A stretch of DNA of 64,000 bases from Podarcis filfolensis. Its lineage: Eukaryota. Position 1 is the first letter of the stretch, and each line of letters starts with the position of its first letter. The stretch lies in NCBI GenBank assembly GCA_964270895.1, contig OZ185435.1. One strand, written 5' to 3'. A program made the translations under genes and the position numbers. The notes below the pieces were generated by a model. It did no database searches, had not been told where the DNA came from, and worked only from the letters and a program-made list of their open reading frames with translations. This document shows positions 46,629 to 59,050 of the stretch, one piece after another.

Positions 46629-47672
46629 TAGAAACATTGAGTCATAAAGTTAGGAGGGACCCAAGGGTCATCTAGTCCAAGCCCCTGCAATGCAGGAATC
46701 TCAACTAAAGCATCCATGACAGGTGGCCATCCAATCTCTGCTTAAAAACCTCCAAGGAAGGAAAGTTGACAATGTTCCACTGTCAAGCACTTTTTAATGT
46801 CGGAAAGTTCTCCCTGATGTTCCATCAGAATCCCCTTTCTTGGACCTTGAATCCATTGGTCTGAGTCCTACCCTCCAGGGCAGAAGAAAACAAGCTTGCT
46901 CCATCTTCATGTGACAACCATTAGGATATTTGAAGATGGCTATCATATCTCCTCTCAGTCTCCTCTTTTCCAGGCTAAACATACCCAGCTCCTTCAACCG
47001 TTACTCGTAAGGCTTTGTTTCCAGACCCTTGATCATCTTGGTTGCCCTCCTCTGCACATGTTCCAGCTTGTCAACATCCTTCTTAAATTGTGGTGCCCAG
47101 AACTGGACACAGTATTCCAAGTGTGGTCTGACTAAGGCAGAATAGAGTGGTACTATTACTTCCCTTGATCTGGACACTATACTTCTGTTGATGCAGCCTA
47201 GAATAGGGTTAGCTTTTTTTTGCTGCTGTATCACACTGTTGACTCATGTTAAGCTTGTGGTCCACCAAGACTTCACATGTACTACTAGTAAGCCAGGTGT
47301 CTCTCATCTTATATTTGTGCTTCTGGGTCTTCCTGCTTAAGTGCAGAACCTTACATTTGTCTCTATTGAAATTTATTTTGTTGGTTCACTTTTCCAATAT
47401 GTTTAGGTCATATTGAATCCCAATTTTTCTATTCTGCAGCTTTAGTTACCCCCTCCCAATCTGGCACCATCTGCAAACTTTATGAGCATCCCCTCAATTC
47501 CTTCATCCAGGCCCTTCATGAAGACGTTGAACAACAACGGGCCCAGGACAGAACCCTGCGGCACCTCACTTGTCACTTTTTCTCAGGAGGGCGAGAAACC
47601 ATTAATGAGCACTTTTTGGGTTCAGTCAGTCAACCAACTACAAATCCACCTAACAGTTACCTCATCCAACCC
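46629..47672 (-). mobile_element. CR1 LINE 3' fragment (degenerate)
   Basis: [63 protein letters not shown] and [16 protein letters not shown]; stops and frameshifts present. Confidence 0.93.
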
Positions 47673-47699
47673 AGAGGCAACATGCCTCTTATATCAGTT

Positions 47700-47848
47700 G
47701 CTGGGGATCTCAAGTGGAGAGAGTGCTGTTGTGCTCATGTCTTGCTTGTGAGCTTCTCAATGACATCTGCTTGGCCATGGTGGAAATGAAATGCTGGACT
47801 AAATGGGCCATTGGTTAAATCCAGCAGGGTTCTTTTTATGTTCTCATG
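47700..47848 (+). mobile_element. Squamate SINE 3' part
   Basis: Tail 'atgctggactaaatgggccattggttaaatccagcagggttctttttatgttc'; related fragment near 39870-39930. Confidence 0.55.
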
Positions 47849-48732
47849 AGCAAGCAGGCTACTGCAGCCAATACTTTTTTTTTTAAAAAAAAAGAAAGAT
47901 AGTTTAAGGTTTGAGCAGCAGAGAAAATAAAGGAAAGGTCAGGATGGTGCTGGATGGTAGTGCCAGAGTTGCAGAAGTGGAAGAGCAGCTGAACGCCTAG
48001 TATCCCTCAGGGAAACAGCAGTGATTGAAAAAGGCAACAGCAGGCAGCTCAATACGGGTGGGTTTGTTTTCATTAGCAACAATCATGATAATATTTCTCT
48101 CCATGCTCCACTGCCTTTGTCCTTTTTTCTTCTTTTTTTTCCTAGAGTGAGCATTTGGAGTCAGTGTTTCTGCTATAACTAGGTCAGGGAGCCTAAGTAG
48201 GTCACGTTGTCTTTCTAAACGTGGTAAATCTGGAAGTGAAGCGAGGAGGAATGGCCTGTAAACAAAAGACAAAGGGCTGGGCTCATGCGTATATGTGCAG
48301 GCAGGAGGGCAAACCCAGAGAGATGTGTCATTGGAGCCTGCCATCATCTACAGCTTGGGATGTTATGGAGAGAATAGGGAAGATGGGAAAGGAGAAAGAG
48401 TATGGAAGGTGCTAAGGTGCCACGTGAGCGACTCAAGGGTAGTCGGGGCAGGAACAGCATTTGCAAAGTCTGGGCCGCCTACATTGAGCCATCAAAAGGA
48501 GATTTCAATCTCCATGCCCAAACTAGTCAGTAAGTCAAAGCCAATGGGAAATTGGGATCCAGATGCTGGTCATTGTCCATGGGGCAGTTGTGGAGATTGG
48601 GAAGGTACAGGGGGAAGACTGGTACTACTGACACCCGGGGGGGTGAGCTCAGGGATGGCAGGAGCACAAGAGGTGAATAATTCACATTTGGGTCAGTATA
48701 TTGGAGAGATAAAGCAGATGTCCAGAAAGGAA

Positions 48733-48912
48733 GGATCATGGCTCAGTGGTAGAGAGCCTCTGCTTTGCATGCAGAAGGTCCCAGGTTCAGTTACCTGCAT
48801 TTCCAGGTGGACTGTGAGAAACCCCAGCCTGAAAATGGGCTGCTAATTAGTGTGGACAATACTGCGCTGTATAGGCCAGTGGTCTGAATTGGTATAAGAA
48901 AGCTTCCTATGC
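48733..48912 (+). mobile_element. tRNA-derived SINE (Squam3-like)
   Basis: tRNA-like head GCTCAGTGGTAGAG...CTTTGCATGCAGAAGGTCCCAGGTTCA, followed by a SINE body and 'agcttcctatg' tail. Confidence 0.8.
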
Positions 48913-49753
48913 ATACAGAGGAGCAATTGTAATGCTGGAATAAGAACAAAAGGACAGCAGTAGGAGCTTCAGGAGGAACAATGAGAGGAAACCTCAAAAT
49001 TATTATTCTGCAGTATTTATACTGGGAGCAGCCAATCAGTGCCCAGACTGCAGCCAATTCTGTAGTGCTTTCTGTTCTCGCATCATATGCCTGTAAAGTA
49101 TGAGTAACATACCCCTTCATGCAACCCTGCATCTGATATGGACAAAGAGCTGGTAACCAACCAAACTTTCTTTAAGGTTTTCGTCAGGCAATCTCTAATG
49201 CTCCCAAAACATTGGAAATGAGAAGCATTTCAGAACGCAATGTTGTATATGACTCCGAAAATATCCAGTCCAAGGGCTTCTGTTTGTCCTATGCTTTCTA
49301 GACATGGCTCTGAGTGTTTTTTGTTCCTCCTGCCACATTCCCCGGGAAAACGTGCTCTTTAGTGCTGATTTGGAGCAAACATCAGTCTGTGAAAAACCCG
49401 ATTGACATTTGCTACAATTCATTTGCTACAATTCAGCAGTAGTGAGTGGGTTTTCCCTTGGGAAAGGGGTGGGACAAGTGGAAGTCTGGGTAAGTCCAAA
49501 GTTACTGAAGTCCTGGCAAAAATTGGCCTCACTGGGAAACAGGTGTGGGTAGGTGGGAGTATCAAAGGAGACACTCAGCACTGGAGTGTTCATTATACAG
49601 TATACAGTGTATTGTCATTCTCAGCTAGGGAAAGGGGGAAAAGCCAATTCATATTTAAAGCTGAATCTACCTCATCTGCACTTTCAGAAACAATAGGCAA
49701 TTTATTTATTTGCAATGCAGTTTTCCAGCCATGTAATGTGTACAAAATATGTA

Positions 49754-50013
49754 CAGTCATACCTCATATTACGTTTGCTTCTTGATACGTTTTTTCAGGT
49801 TGCGTTCCGCGGTGACCTGGAAGTACCGGAAAGGGTTACTTCTGGGTTTTGCCACTCGCGCATGCACAGAAGCACTAAATCGTGCTTCGTGCATGCGCAC
49901 AAGTGCCAAATCACGCCGTGCACATGCGCAGATATGGTGCTTCAGGTTGTGGGCTTTTCATGTTGCAAATGGGCCTCCAGAATGGATCCCGTTCACAACC
50001 AGACGTACCACTG
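49754..50013. mobile_element. Tc1/mariner (Tigger-like) MITE
   Basis: TA-flanked; CAGTCATACCTC ... GTACCACTG ends; interior homologous to 5790-6018. Confidence 0.8.
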
Positions 50014-50949
50014 TATATTAAAGTAAAGCAGGGGTGGGGAAACTTTGGCTCCATGAGATAGATTATTATCAGGATTGGCCTTGCAGGACAAATTTGACAG
50101 GTGAGTGGGACCACGTGGTCTCTCAATGAAATGATTTCATGTGATTGACAGGGGAATGGGGCTGCCCACCCGGCAAATGCACAGTATTCCAGATTTTCCC
50201 CTCCCCCTTTGAGCTCCCAATTGCAACATTTTAAAAGGGAATGTGGGGAAACTTGTAAAGGCTTTATGGCAACCTCCATGCTCACATTTCAGCCTAAAAT
50301 ATGAGTGCAGGGACTGTGGTTGAGTCAAATAGAGTTTTTGAGAAGTACATTAAGGTAGCAACCCCACTGCTCTTTCAGCTGAAATGGAGTGCTGGGGATG
50401 CCTTAAAGCATTTCTCAAAAGTGATTCTCAAAAGAGGATGAGGCCAATCTTCCTTTGAGTGAGTAGGTGGCAGTGGGTGGGGTGGTCAAGATTCCCCAAC
50501 CCCACTGCTGCAGCCCACTTACTTAAAGGGTGGGTGCTGTCTGAAGCAGCTAGTCACTTCTCCTTGGGAAGTAGAGTGGGATGGATGCTTCAAAAAGCAC
50601 GCCTGAGAACTGCTTTTAGGCAGCCCCAGTTCTTCTGTTTCAGCTGAAGCAGGATCATGGGCACTGCCTTCTCAAAAGCACTGTTTGAAACAGCTTGTGT
50701 GCTTCTTCCACCCACTTGGTGAAGTGCACAGGCTGCTTTAAACAGCGATTTTGAGAAGCACTTTAATCCCCTCTCATCAAATGATGAGTGAGGATTGAAT
50801 CCTGCTGCCTTGACTGTGTGATCCTGCTTGCTGCTGGGAACAGGTCATATAGCCAAGGCAGGATGTAACTGTGTTCTCCTGTTGATGGGCTCGTGTGGGT
50901 GGATGTAGTTTGGGGAACATGGCCCAGGCAGGTCAAGATAGGATAACAT

Positions 50950-51217
50950 TGCATATAATACTGAAAATAACATTCAAAAATGTATTATATTAGAGAAAAC
51001 ATAAATATTAGGCAAAAAAAGCTTTGCAAAAATGTGTAAGACAAAAATTGCATGCAACATTTGTATATTAGGACAAATTCACAGTAAAAGGCTGATAAAT
51101 TTTCATGTGTAATTTTAAAAAAATCACAAACTGATGTGGAAATGTGGAGAACTGAACTTAAAATTGGAAAAATGACAAACTGAGAGAAAGTGAAATTGAT
51201 AAGTTTGCCCATTCCTA
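50950..51217. mobile_element. Fragment of the same DNA-element family as 32808-33184 (inverted)
   Basis: Ends CCCATTCCTA; reverse complement shares 'ttctctcag.ttt...ttcagttc.cacatt' with 32808-32880. Confidence 0.45.
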
Positions 51218-52270
51218 TTCTCAGCTATAAAAAATTATTTATTTAGAGCACACATATATCCCAGTTTGCATGGCATGTGTACAATGTAGGCATGAACAGT
51301 AGTTTGTTTTAACACCAACTGCTGCAGGTTTTTTTTTTTATTGTGTTAAGGTTGCGGGGTTTTTTCTGGCTTAGAAACAATACTTTAGAGGTGGATTCTG
51401 CTGACCATATGTGTCTAGGCTATCATTGTAAACTGTCAGAAGACGAAGAGCTAGAAGATGAACTAACAATCTGAAAGGAAAAAAATAATAAATTTTTTTT
51501 GCATGTCCCACTTTATAAGACAAACCATTCATTGTATCTGGAAAATTCATCCCCCACAATGTTTAATGCCTGCTGTTCGTTAGAGCTGACAGTGATTCCT
51601 GCCAGAAAGAAAGAGTTGTATGAGTCTGATGTGAAAAAATAGCTGCTTTGACACAAAGGGAGGGGTTTCTCCCACATTTATAGCATTTTTTGTCTTGTGT
51701 CCCCATCTTCTATGTTTATGGCACATTAGGGCCTTGGCAAGTTGAAAATTATGCATAGGCCACCTCCTTTGACTGCCCTGAAGGAGCTCCTAAAACTAAT
51801 GTTCCATGTAAATGATTCCCGTTGCTCCATCTGTGGCTCCTTGATGCTCCTATCACAATGACAGTTAATGACTCTCCTTTTCTGAGTGGCAAGGGGGCAA
51901 AAACGTTGCTTACTGTGCCAACAAATGTTATATTTATGCCCGTGCTCTTCTTTTTGTACGACAACTCTAGAATTCTAGATGTCTTAGGGAAATGATTCTA
52001 ACTTCTCCTTGGCAATGCATGAACCTCAGGTAATGGATTCATCAGCTGGATTCTAAAGCTTTGGGATGCATGCATTGGCCTGCACTGGTGCTAGTAAAAA
52101 CCAGTGGTCTGCAGTGTTGTACACAAGCAGAATCTAAGAACTTGCACATTTGTGGAGCAAGGAATGTGTGATCCGAGATCCCAGTCTCAGGGACTGCTGT
52201 AACAATGTTCACCTGAACATGCCCCTTCACACTTTCCTGCTCAGCATAAGAAACCTTTGTCTGAAAAGAT

Positions 52271-52754
52271 CAGTGCTGGATTAGGGCACCAGCAAANNNN
52301 NNNNNNNNNNNNNNNNNNNNNNNNNNNNNNNNNNNNNNNNNNNNNNNNNNNNNNNNNNNNNNNNNNNNNNNNNNNNNNNNNNNNNNNNNNNNNNNNNNNN
52401 NNNNNNNNNNNNNNNNNNNNNNNNNNNNNNNNNNNNNNNNNNAAAAATTGAAGCAGTCACCATGGGAAAAATCAGGACTTTCTTACACATCAGTACATAC
52501 TTCCCCCACATTTTGTGTTCTTTTGTTGCTTATCCCCACCTAAACAAGGGCCATTCTACTAATGTAGATTGAAATAATGTGAGAAAATCAGATCCTGCCA
52601 TGAGTCGCACATGACATTTCATCATACATGTAAGTTTTAGGTCATTTTGAAAAGTACAGTCTTATTTTCTGGTTTTTGTTTTGAATTACACAAGAGGGGG
52701 CACACCATAATCTTTTCCGTACTTAGGGCCTCTGAAGGTCTTAATCCAGCCCTG
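52271..52754. mobile_element. hAT-like MITE spanning the assembly gap
   Basis: TIRs CAGTGCTGGATTA / TTAATCCAGCCCTG; degenerate 8-bp TSD GAAAAGAT / AAGAAGAT. Confidence 0.55.
52297..52442. other. Assembly gap (146 N)
   Basis: Run of N. Confidence 1.
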
Positions 52755-54529
52755 AAGAAGATATCATAAAATGCCCATCTGATCAGAAGTTGCATCAGAT
52801 CACCCAGGCTGTTTCTTTACAAGGTGCCTCTGAACGCCTGATGTGCCAAAAACACATATGATTTGGGAGATCTTTGATCAGATCATTTAAAATAACAATT
52901 TAAAAACAGCTAGGGGTGTTTAGGAATCAAATTGCCTCCTTGGGCAGTGTAGTTTCTGGGGCCTATGCAGTGCCCAGGGGCAGTTCATATAAGCTTTCCA
53001 GATATCCAAATAGGTATCCACATGAACTTGACAAATATGTTTGAATATAGCCAGGGCACTGAGGTCATCAGACCCTTGCATAAGATATGGGAGGTATTTA
53101 TCCTTCCAGGTTTGAAGTATAAGTCTCTTGGTCAGTATAAGGGCTCATAATGGCCACTTTAAAATTTTGCACCCACCACAAACTCCACTGGGATTGGTTC
53201 CACTCAGCAATACCCAAGTGGAGCCAACCTCTGCTGAAAGTGGACCTACTTTTGGCAGGAATCTTTGTAGCCTTGGCTTGGATTCAAACCATTTCTGGGG
53301 ATGGGGAGAAAGAATTGGGGGTGCCTATGATACTTCCTTTGATGATGAACCACCTGCCATCATATAATGTCAGGTGATCAACAGGTGGATAGCCAAGCCC
53401 AGCTGAAAAACTGGTCCACAGAAGATGGGTCAGTTCTGAATTGAGCTCACTGGTTGGATCCAGTCCGTCACCCTGTCTTATCCTAGGACTGCTAATTTTA
53501 GTCAGGGGTCTTTGGTGAGCGACCACCTGCTAACTACATACTTATTAACATTTGAACTCTAAAAGGTGAGTGAAACAAGACAGGGCTGACTGTAGGCAGA
53601 TGGGTGACAGCTGCCATCCAAAATAATGTGCCTTTTGCTTTGGCACTGCCCCTTCAGTTTCTTCCTTGTCCTTTCATGGGTACAAGCACAGCCAGGTCCT
53701 GGTGAGTGACAACACAAGGTTCCCCCCCCCTCCAATGGTCAGACGCCTGAATTGCTTTAAAGGTCACATGAATGTGCTACGTGCCCTTGAGGCATCCCTG
53801 ACTTTTTCAAACTTGAAAATTCCTGAGCCAATTGATTGCTCAGGAGCCAATGTATTGTTTTGTAAACTATATCCCCTTTCATTAAAAACCAAAAAAACCC
53901 CACACCAATTTTAGTCAATTGCAGCAATTGTCAAGATTAAGGGGAATAAGGGGTTAAATAATTGTCTTCTGAGCATACACCAACAACCACTGCCTTTGAG
54001 CGCCCAGCTTAATGAATGCAGAGTGCGCAGGTGCAAAATTTGATGCATACATTTGTAATATCCTTGTCCTGAAGCTCTCCCTGGAATACATCTGGGCATT
54101 ATGATCTGGGGAAATTGGTATTCTGAATTTGTCATTTTTGAACTTCATCAGGATCACCATGGGGAAGAACATCAGTAAAGAGGAAATTTGTGCTGCCCTT
54201 TTCTATACTTCGTAATTGTGGCATTAAGGCTTCAGGCCATTCATTCCATCAGCACTCAATCCACTTCATAAGGGAAGTTGCACTCACCACTGCCAGCGAA
54301 CAGAAAGGAGAGTTGAAGGCAGAGTTGATAGAGAAATCATTTGATTTCATTCCTGATCACAGTAAGAAATGCTGAAGCTCAGATGCCTCCGTCTCCATTG
54401 GCGCCGAGCACTCTCAGCCTTAATTAAAGTTAACGAAAGCTGAAACTGCTTGCCCTTTTTTGAAAACTGAGCAACAGCAAAGGTGTCCTGGCTGCTATTA
54501 AATATACTACGCTGGTGCCCTTCGGATGC

Positions 54530-55170
54530 TTTGGGTTACAGCTCCCATCAACCCCAGCTTGTATGTCCAATGGTCAAGGATGATGGGAGTTGTAGTCCAA
54601 CAATATTTAGAGAGTGCTAAGTTTGGGGTGGCTATTCTTTGTATGAAAACCATAGGCATATCTACCTCACAAGGCTGATTAAGTTTATTTGAAAGTAATA
54701 GTTTAACTTCTGCAGTTTTAGAAGGAAGCAACAGCTTTATGAGTCAGTTAATTCAACGACAGTAGAAATACGAAAAACAAAACACAACAAAACATCAGTA
54801 GCATAAATTGAGACAACTGAGAAAATTAAAACAACATAAGAGAAAGGAGGCTGCTTTGGTAAGAATCTGCTTTGATCAAGGATACATGTTCCAAGAAGCT
54901 ATGGACACTCCTCATGGTCATACTGAGGCTTGAATGAGATGCCCTTTGAAATGTTGCACCAGCACATCAGCCTTTTAAAGGAATCTGGAAAGACCCATGC
55001 AATCAGCTCCACTTATATAATTGTGGGCCTTTATATCCGGGGTGGACAAGCTTTGGCTTTCCAGGTGCTGCTGAGCCACAACTCCCATCATCCCTGACCA
55101 CCAGCCACAACTAGCTGGGAATGGTGGATATTGAAAGTCCAACAACTTCGGGAAGGTGGGGACACTGCTT
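54530..55170. mobile_element. Two degenerate URR1-like hAT MITE remnants (about 54530-54630 and 55040-55160)
   Basis: Share 'actcccatcatccctgacca' and 'gatgggagttgtagtccaa' with 21888-22023. Confidence 0.65.
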
Positions 55171-55799
55171 AACCATGCCTACTTTATATGTTCAGAAGTG
55201 CCTGGCACTGCCCAAGAGTTTGAAGAAACCAATAAATACTGAGATTTATAAATGGACAGCATAGTCTGTTAGGTTTAGTCCTCTACACAGCTCTTTCCCA
55301 AACCAGAGCTCTGGCTGCCCTGTGGGAAACCTGACCTGATCTAGTCTCAAATAAATTTGGGGTGGGGCTGATGTTTAACTGGGTTTTGAAAAACCCTATA
55401 TGGTCAGGAGTAGGGTGTGGGAAGGCGGCACTGCATCTCCCCACCCCCCTCACCACACTGCAGAGAGTAGGAGGGTTCAGTCTTGTTTGGTGTTGCCTGA
55501 AGGAAACATGCTGACAAAGCAGACCACAGCAGGTTCATCTCTCTTTCTCTCTCCCCAAAAGTCCTGGGGTTAAGTCTCCTCTTCCAGCCTTTGCAGACTT
55601 GGCCAACTCCTTTTCGATCTTGCTGGGATCTGCCTCCCCAACACATTTCCTGAAGGCATCACATGGTGAAGAAGACCCCTGCAGCTAGCCTTCTCAGTGA
55701 CTGATCCCAGACTTTGGAACTCCCATCCCAGGCATAGGCAAACTCGGCCCTTCAGTGTAGAGACACTGTGAGGAAATGGGTGGTTTTAAACAATGGCAG

Positions 55800-55905
55800 A
55801 GAGCCAGTGTGGTGCAGTGGTTAGACTGTTGGATGGACTATGACCTGGGAGACTAGGGTTCAAATCTCTGCTCAAGTTCATTGGGTGTTCATGGGCCATT
55901 TACCA
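55800..55905 (+). mobile_element. MIR-like SINE head remnant
   Basis: 'gccagtgtggtgcagtggttagactgttgga...gggttcaaatctc'. Confidence 0.6.
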
Positions 55906-56480
55906 TACAGTGGTGCCACGGAGGGGGAAATGGTGGCTTTAAACAGCAGCAGAGGTTTGAGTAAAGCAGAGCTGGAGAGACATTGAAAGGAAAATAGTAG
56001 CAGTTTTAAACAATGGCAGAGGTTTGAGTAGAGTGAGCAGGAGGAACTCTTGAGGCAGACAAAGTGCTGGTTTAAAATAAGGATTGAGGGTGAGAAGGGA
56101 GTTGGGAAAGGCTCTGTTGTGTTAGCTTTTTGGTATTAGCTTTTGCATTGTACTCATCTCTGGTATTTCTTCTTGTTACCCTCAGTGTTTCTCTCTTCTG
56201 AATCCATTCAGATCTCTCCTGTTGTTTTAATCACCACCTTCTGACTCTCCATGAATCTCCTTTCTCACCACCATGCCACAGCTGCTGCTGCTGTGAAACC
56301 TGCCTTCTCTTTTGCTCCCCTAGCCCACCCTGCAAACCCAGGATTGTGATGAGGCGCAACAAATCCTCCAATAGGGGGCTATGTGATGACACCCTTACAT
56401 TTTCATTATATGTAAGACTAGTGTTATGGAATCAGCCCATGAAAAAACCCCTCCACCAACATGGTATCGTGTTTAATGGA

Positions 56481-56979
56481 TAATATTATAAATAATAATT
56501 TATTATTTATACCTCGCCCATCTGGCTGGGTTTCCCCGGCCACTCTGGGCGGCTTTCAACAGAATATTAATAAAAAAGCGATAAAAAAATCAAACATTAA
56601 AAACTTCCCTAAACAGGGTTGCCTTCAGATGTCTTCTAAACATCAAATAGTTGTTTATTTCTTTGACATCTGATGGGAGGGCGTTCCACAGGGTGGGTGC
56701 CACTACTGAGAAGGCCCTCTGCCTGGTTCCCTGTAACCTCACTTCTCGCAATGAGGGAACTGCCAGAAGGCCCTCAGAGTTGGACCTCAGTGTCTGGGCT
56801 GAACAATGGGGGTGGTATACTGGGCCAAGGCCATTTAGGTTTTAAAGGTCAGCACCAACACTTTGAATTGTGCTCGGAAATGTACTGGGAGCCAATGTAG
56901 GTCTTTCAGGACCGGTGTTATATGGTCTCGGTGGCCACTCCCAGTCACTAGTCTAGCTGCCGCATTCTGGATTAGTTGT
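56481..56979 (-). mobile_element. 5'-truncated L2 (same subfamily as 13065-14702)
   Basis: Near-colinear with 13100-13587; small internal deletion near 56815; degenerate (TAA)n tail. Confidence 0.92.
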
Positions 56980-57961
56980 TAAAGAAGTGCCTAGCTATAC
57001 AGAAAACAATATAGGACAAAAGTTGTTACTGGATACTGCCTGACTTAATTTTATTTATTTATTCAACTTACCTGTTATCCAATAACAATAATTCTCTGGG
57101 AAATGCATGAAAAACAATTGAAGCAATTTTAAAACTCCAAAACCCACACAAGTAAAATTCTATACGGCAGCAGTAATTTTTAAAACAATCATTTTAAATC
57201 AGAAAAGAGATATCTAAAAATCATGGTGAACAGCAATTAACCTAAGGCGTAGGAAGTTCCACAGAACTAAATAACCATGTGAAAACACAGTGTGGAGAAT
57301 TGCTGTATATATGGCTGTCTGTTGATGTTTTGTGCTTTGAAGCAGATTTCTATGGCAATGTCAGAGCACAACCATCAAAGTCCAAGGCCTTGTGCTGTTC
57401 ATATGTTGCAAGACTGCTTAGTGGTGGCTTCTTGGTGACAGGTTCTGAAAGGGGAGAAAGAGGCAATCACTTTTAATATTGATAGGGTCGGGATCAGTAA
57501 ATTTTGATTGGTCGGGGGGGGGGGGAGAGAGAGAGACTCCGATTAGCTGTATATTCAAGCCAGTGAAGAACAGGCAGTTAACTGTCAGTTGGGAGATAGC
57601 TGTCAGTTGGAAAACAAAGTTGGGGAAGTCAGTTGACGAGGGAGGTGTGAGGCAGAGGCCAGAGAAAGATGAGGTGAAAGTGGAAAGATGAGGCCCGAAT
57701 ATTAAGCTGTTCATTCCCAGTGTGTAAACAATACTTTGCTGGTAAAGATCAGAAAAAGGAAGCAGGTGGCTGAGTTAGGCTAGGAGAAGCCTAATGTCTT
57801 ACCACAACCAGATTTTTTAAATCAGCCAAACTGTACAAGCAGCCGGAAGTCCAGGTGACAAAGCTATGGGATCATAAGCAGACTGTCCTTAGTAGTTGCA
57901 ATGGGTTGTGAGTTAATTCAGCTGTGGTTTAGAGAATTTGGCTTGAGGTAAAAGCTGTTTA

Positions 57962-58055
57962 ACTGCGGGAGGCAGTGGAAGACAGGAGTGCCTGGCGTGC
58001 TCTGGTCCACGGGGTCACGAAGAGTCGGACACGACTAAATGGCTAAACAACAACA
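57962..58055 (+). mobile_element. RTE-BovB 3' tail insertion
   Basis: 'cctggcgtgctctggtccacggggtcacgaagagtcggacacgact' plus (CAA)n tail; 12-bp TSD AAAAGCTGTTTA at 57950-57961 and 58056-58067. Confidence 0.88.
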
Positions 58056-58365
58056 AAAAGCTGTTTAGAGGCTGGTGTCAGCAACGTTGTCTCTCAGTCT
58101 GTAGAAACTGCCACAAAGTGCATGCAAGACACCAGTTTAAATATCAGTATTGCCTTAAATACACAAAACCGTTTAATAAACAATATTCTCAACAGGTCAT
58201 ACTATATCCAGTGCTTGTGTCCATCTCATGCTTAAGCCTATTGCACCAAGCTATGAGGAGGATTTTAAAAGGAACGAGCAACTGTGGAAAAGGGTCACCT
58301 TGAGGAACTGAATTATTGTGACAGGGAGTTCCATGGAACCCAAAATATAAAAATTAGAAAGCACG

Positions 58366-58760
58366 GGCTTGGCAGAAATGACGAGCAGAATCCGAAACCA
58401 GGGAAGAGAAGCAGCGCAAGAAGAATGGAAAAAATTCAAGGACTATTTAAAGAAATATTACAAAGTTAATGAAAGTTAGAATGATGTTGGACTGGAAAGT
58501 AAATGGTTACTATTAGCAATGGTTAAGACAAGGAGAATAAGGAAGAATAGTCTAAATCTAAATTAAAATAAGGGAAGATTTGCTGAACAATTGATAAGAA
58601 TTTGGAATACAGAAAGGGGAGGCATGAGGAAGTCGGGGAAGAAAGGTATATGAAATTAGGATATGAAATGATACATGTTTTTTGTTCTGTTTTTGTCTTT
58701 GTATGTTTATGTTTGTTGTGTTGTGTTTATATGGAAAAAATAAAAATATTATAAAAAAAA
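58366..58760 (+). mobile_element. Short 5'-truncated L1-clade LINE (second lineage)
   Basis: 17-bp TSD AAAAATTAGAAAGCACG at 58349-58365 and 58761-58777; ORF2 tail GLAEMTSRIRNQGREAAQEEWKKFKDYLKKYY...* ending at 58479; poly-A. Confidence 0.88.
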
Positions 58761-58899
58761 AAAAATTAGAAAGCACGAATACCCAAACTTTATAAAAAGT
58801 AAGATAGTTTTCTTGTACATGGTGGGACTCGTCTCTCCCCCCTGATAATGCCAGAGATTTTAAAAGTGGGGCTTAAAAGATCAGTGAAACTGAAGAAAC

Positions 58900-59050
58900 T
58901 CTTCTCAGGTACTGAAAAGACATGAAAAGGGGGTGCCAGGCAAAACAGTCTGGAGGAAGCATTCCATAAATGGGGGTCACTTCTAAAAAAAGCCTTTTGT
59001 CTTGTGGCCACCCATTTTATCTCAGCTTGTGAGAATCTTCTGTTGGTTAT
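58900..59050 (-). mobile_element. Degenerate L2 3' remnant
   Basis: The minus frame gives KAFFRSDPHLWNASS, a decayed L2 'RAFS..P.LWN.LP' motif. Confidence 0.55.

Noticed and set aside
48733-48800. tRNA gene (also at 22462, 55800 and 62264)
   Set aside because: These are tRNA-derived SINE heads followed by SINE bodies, and the cloverleaf is incomplete.
49407-49434. 14-bp tandem duplication (also a 13-bp one at 36736-36761)
   Set aside because: Ordinary slippage-type duplications.
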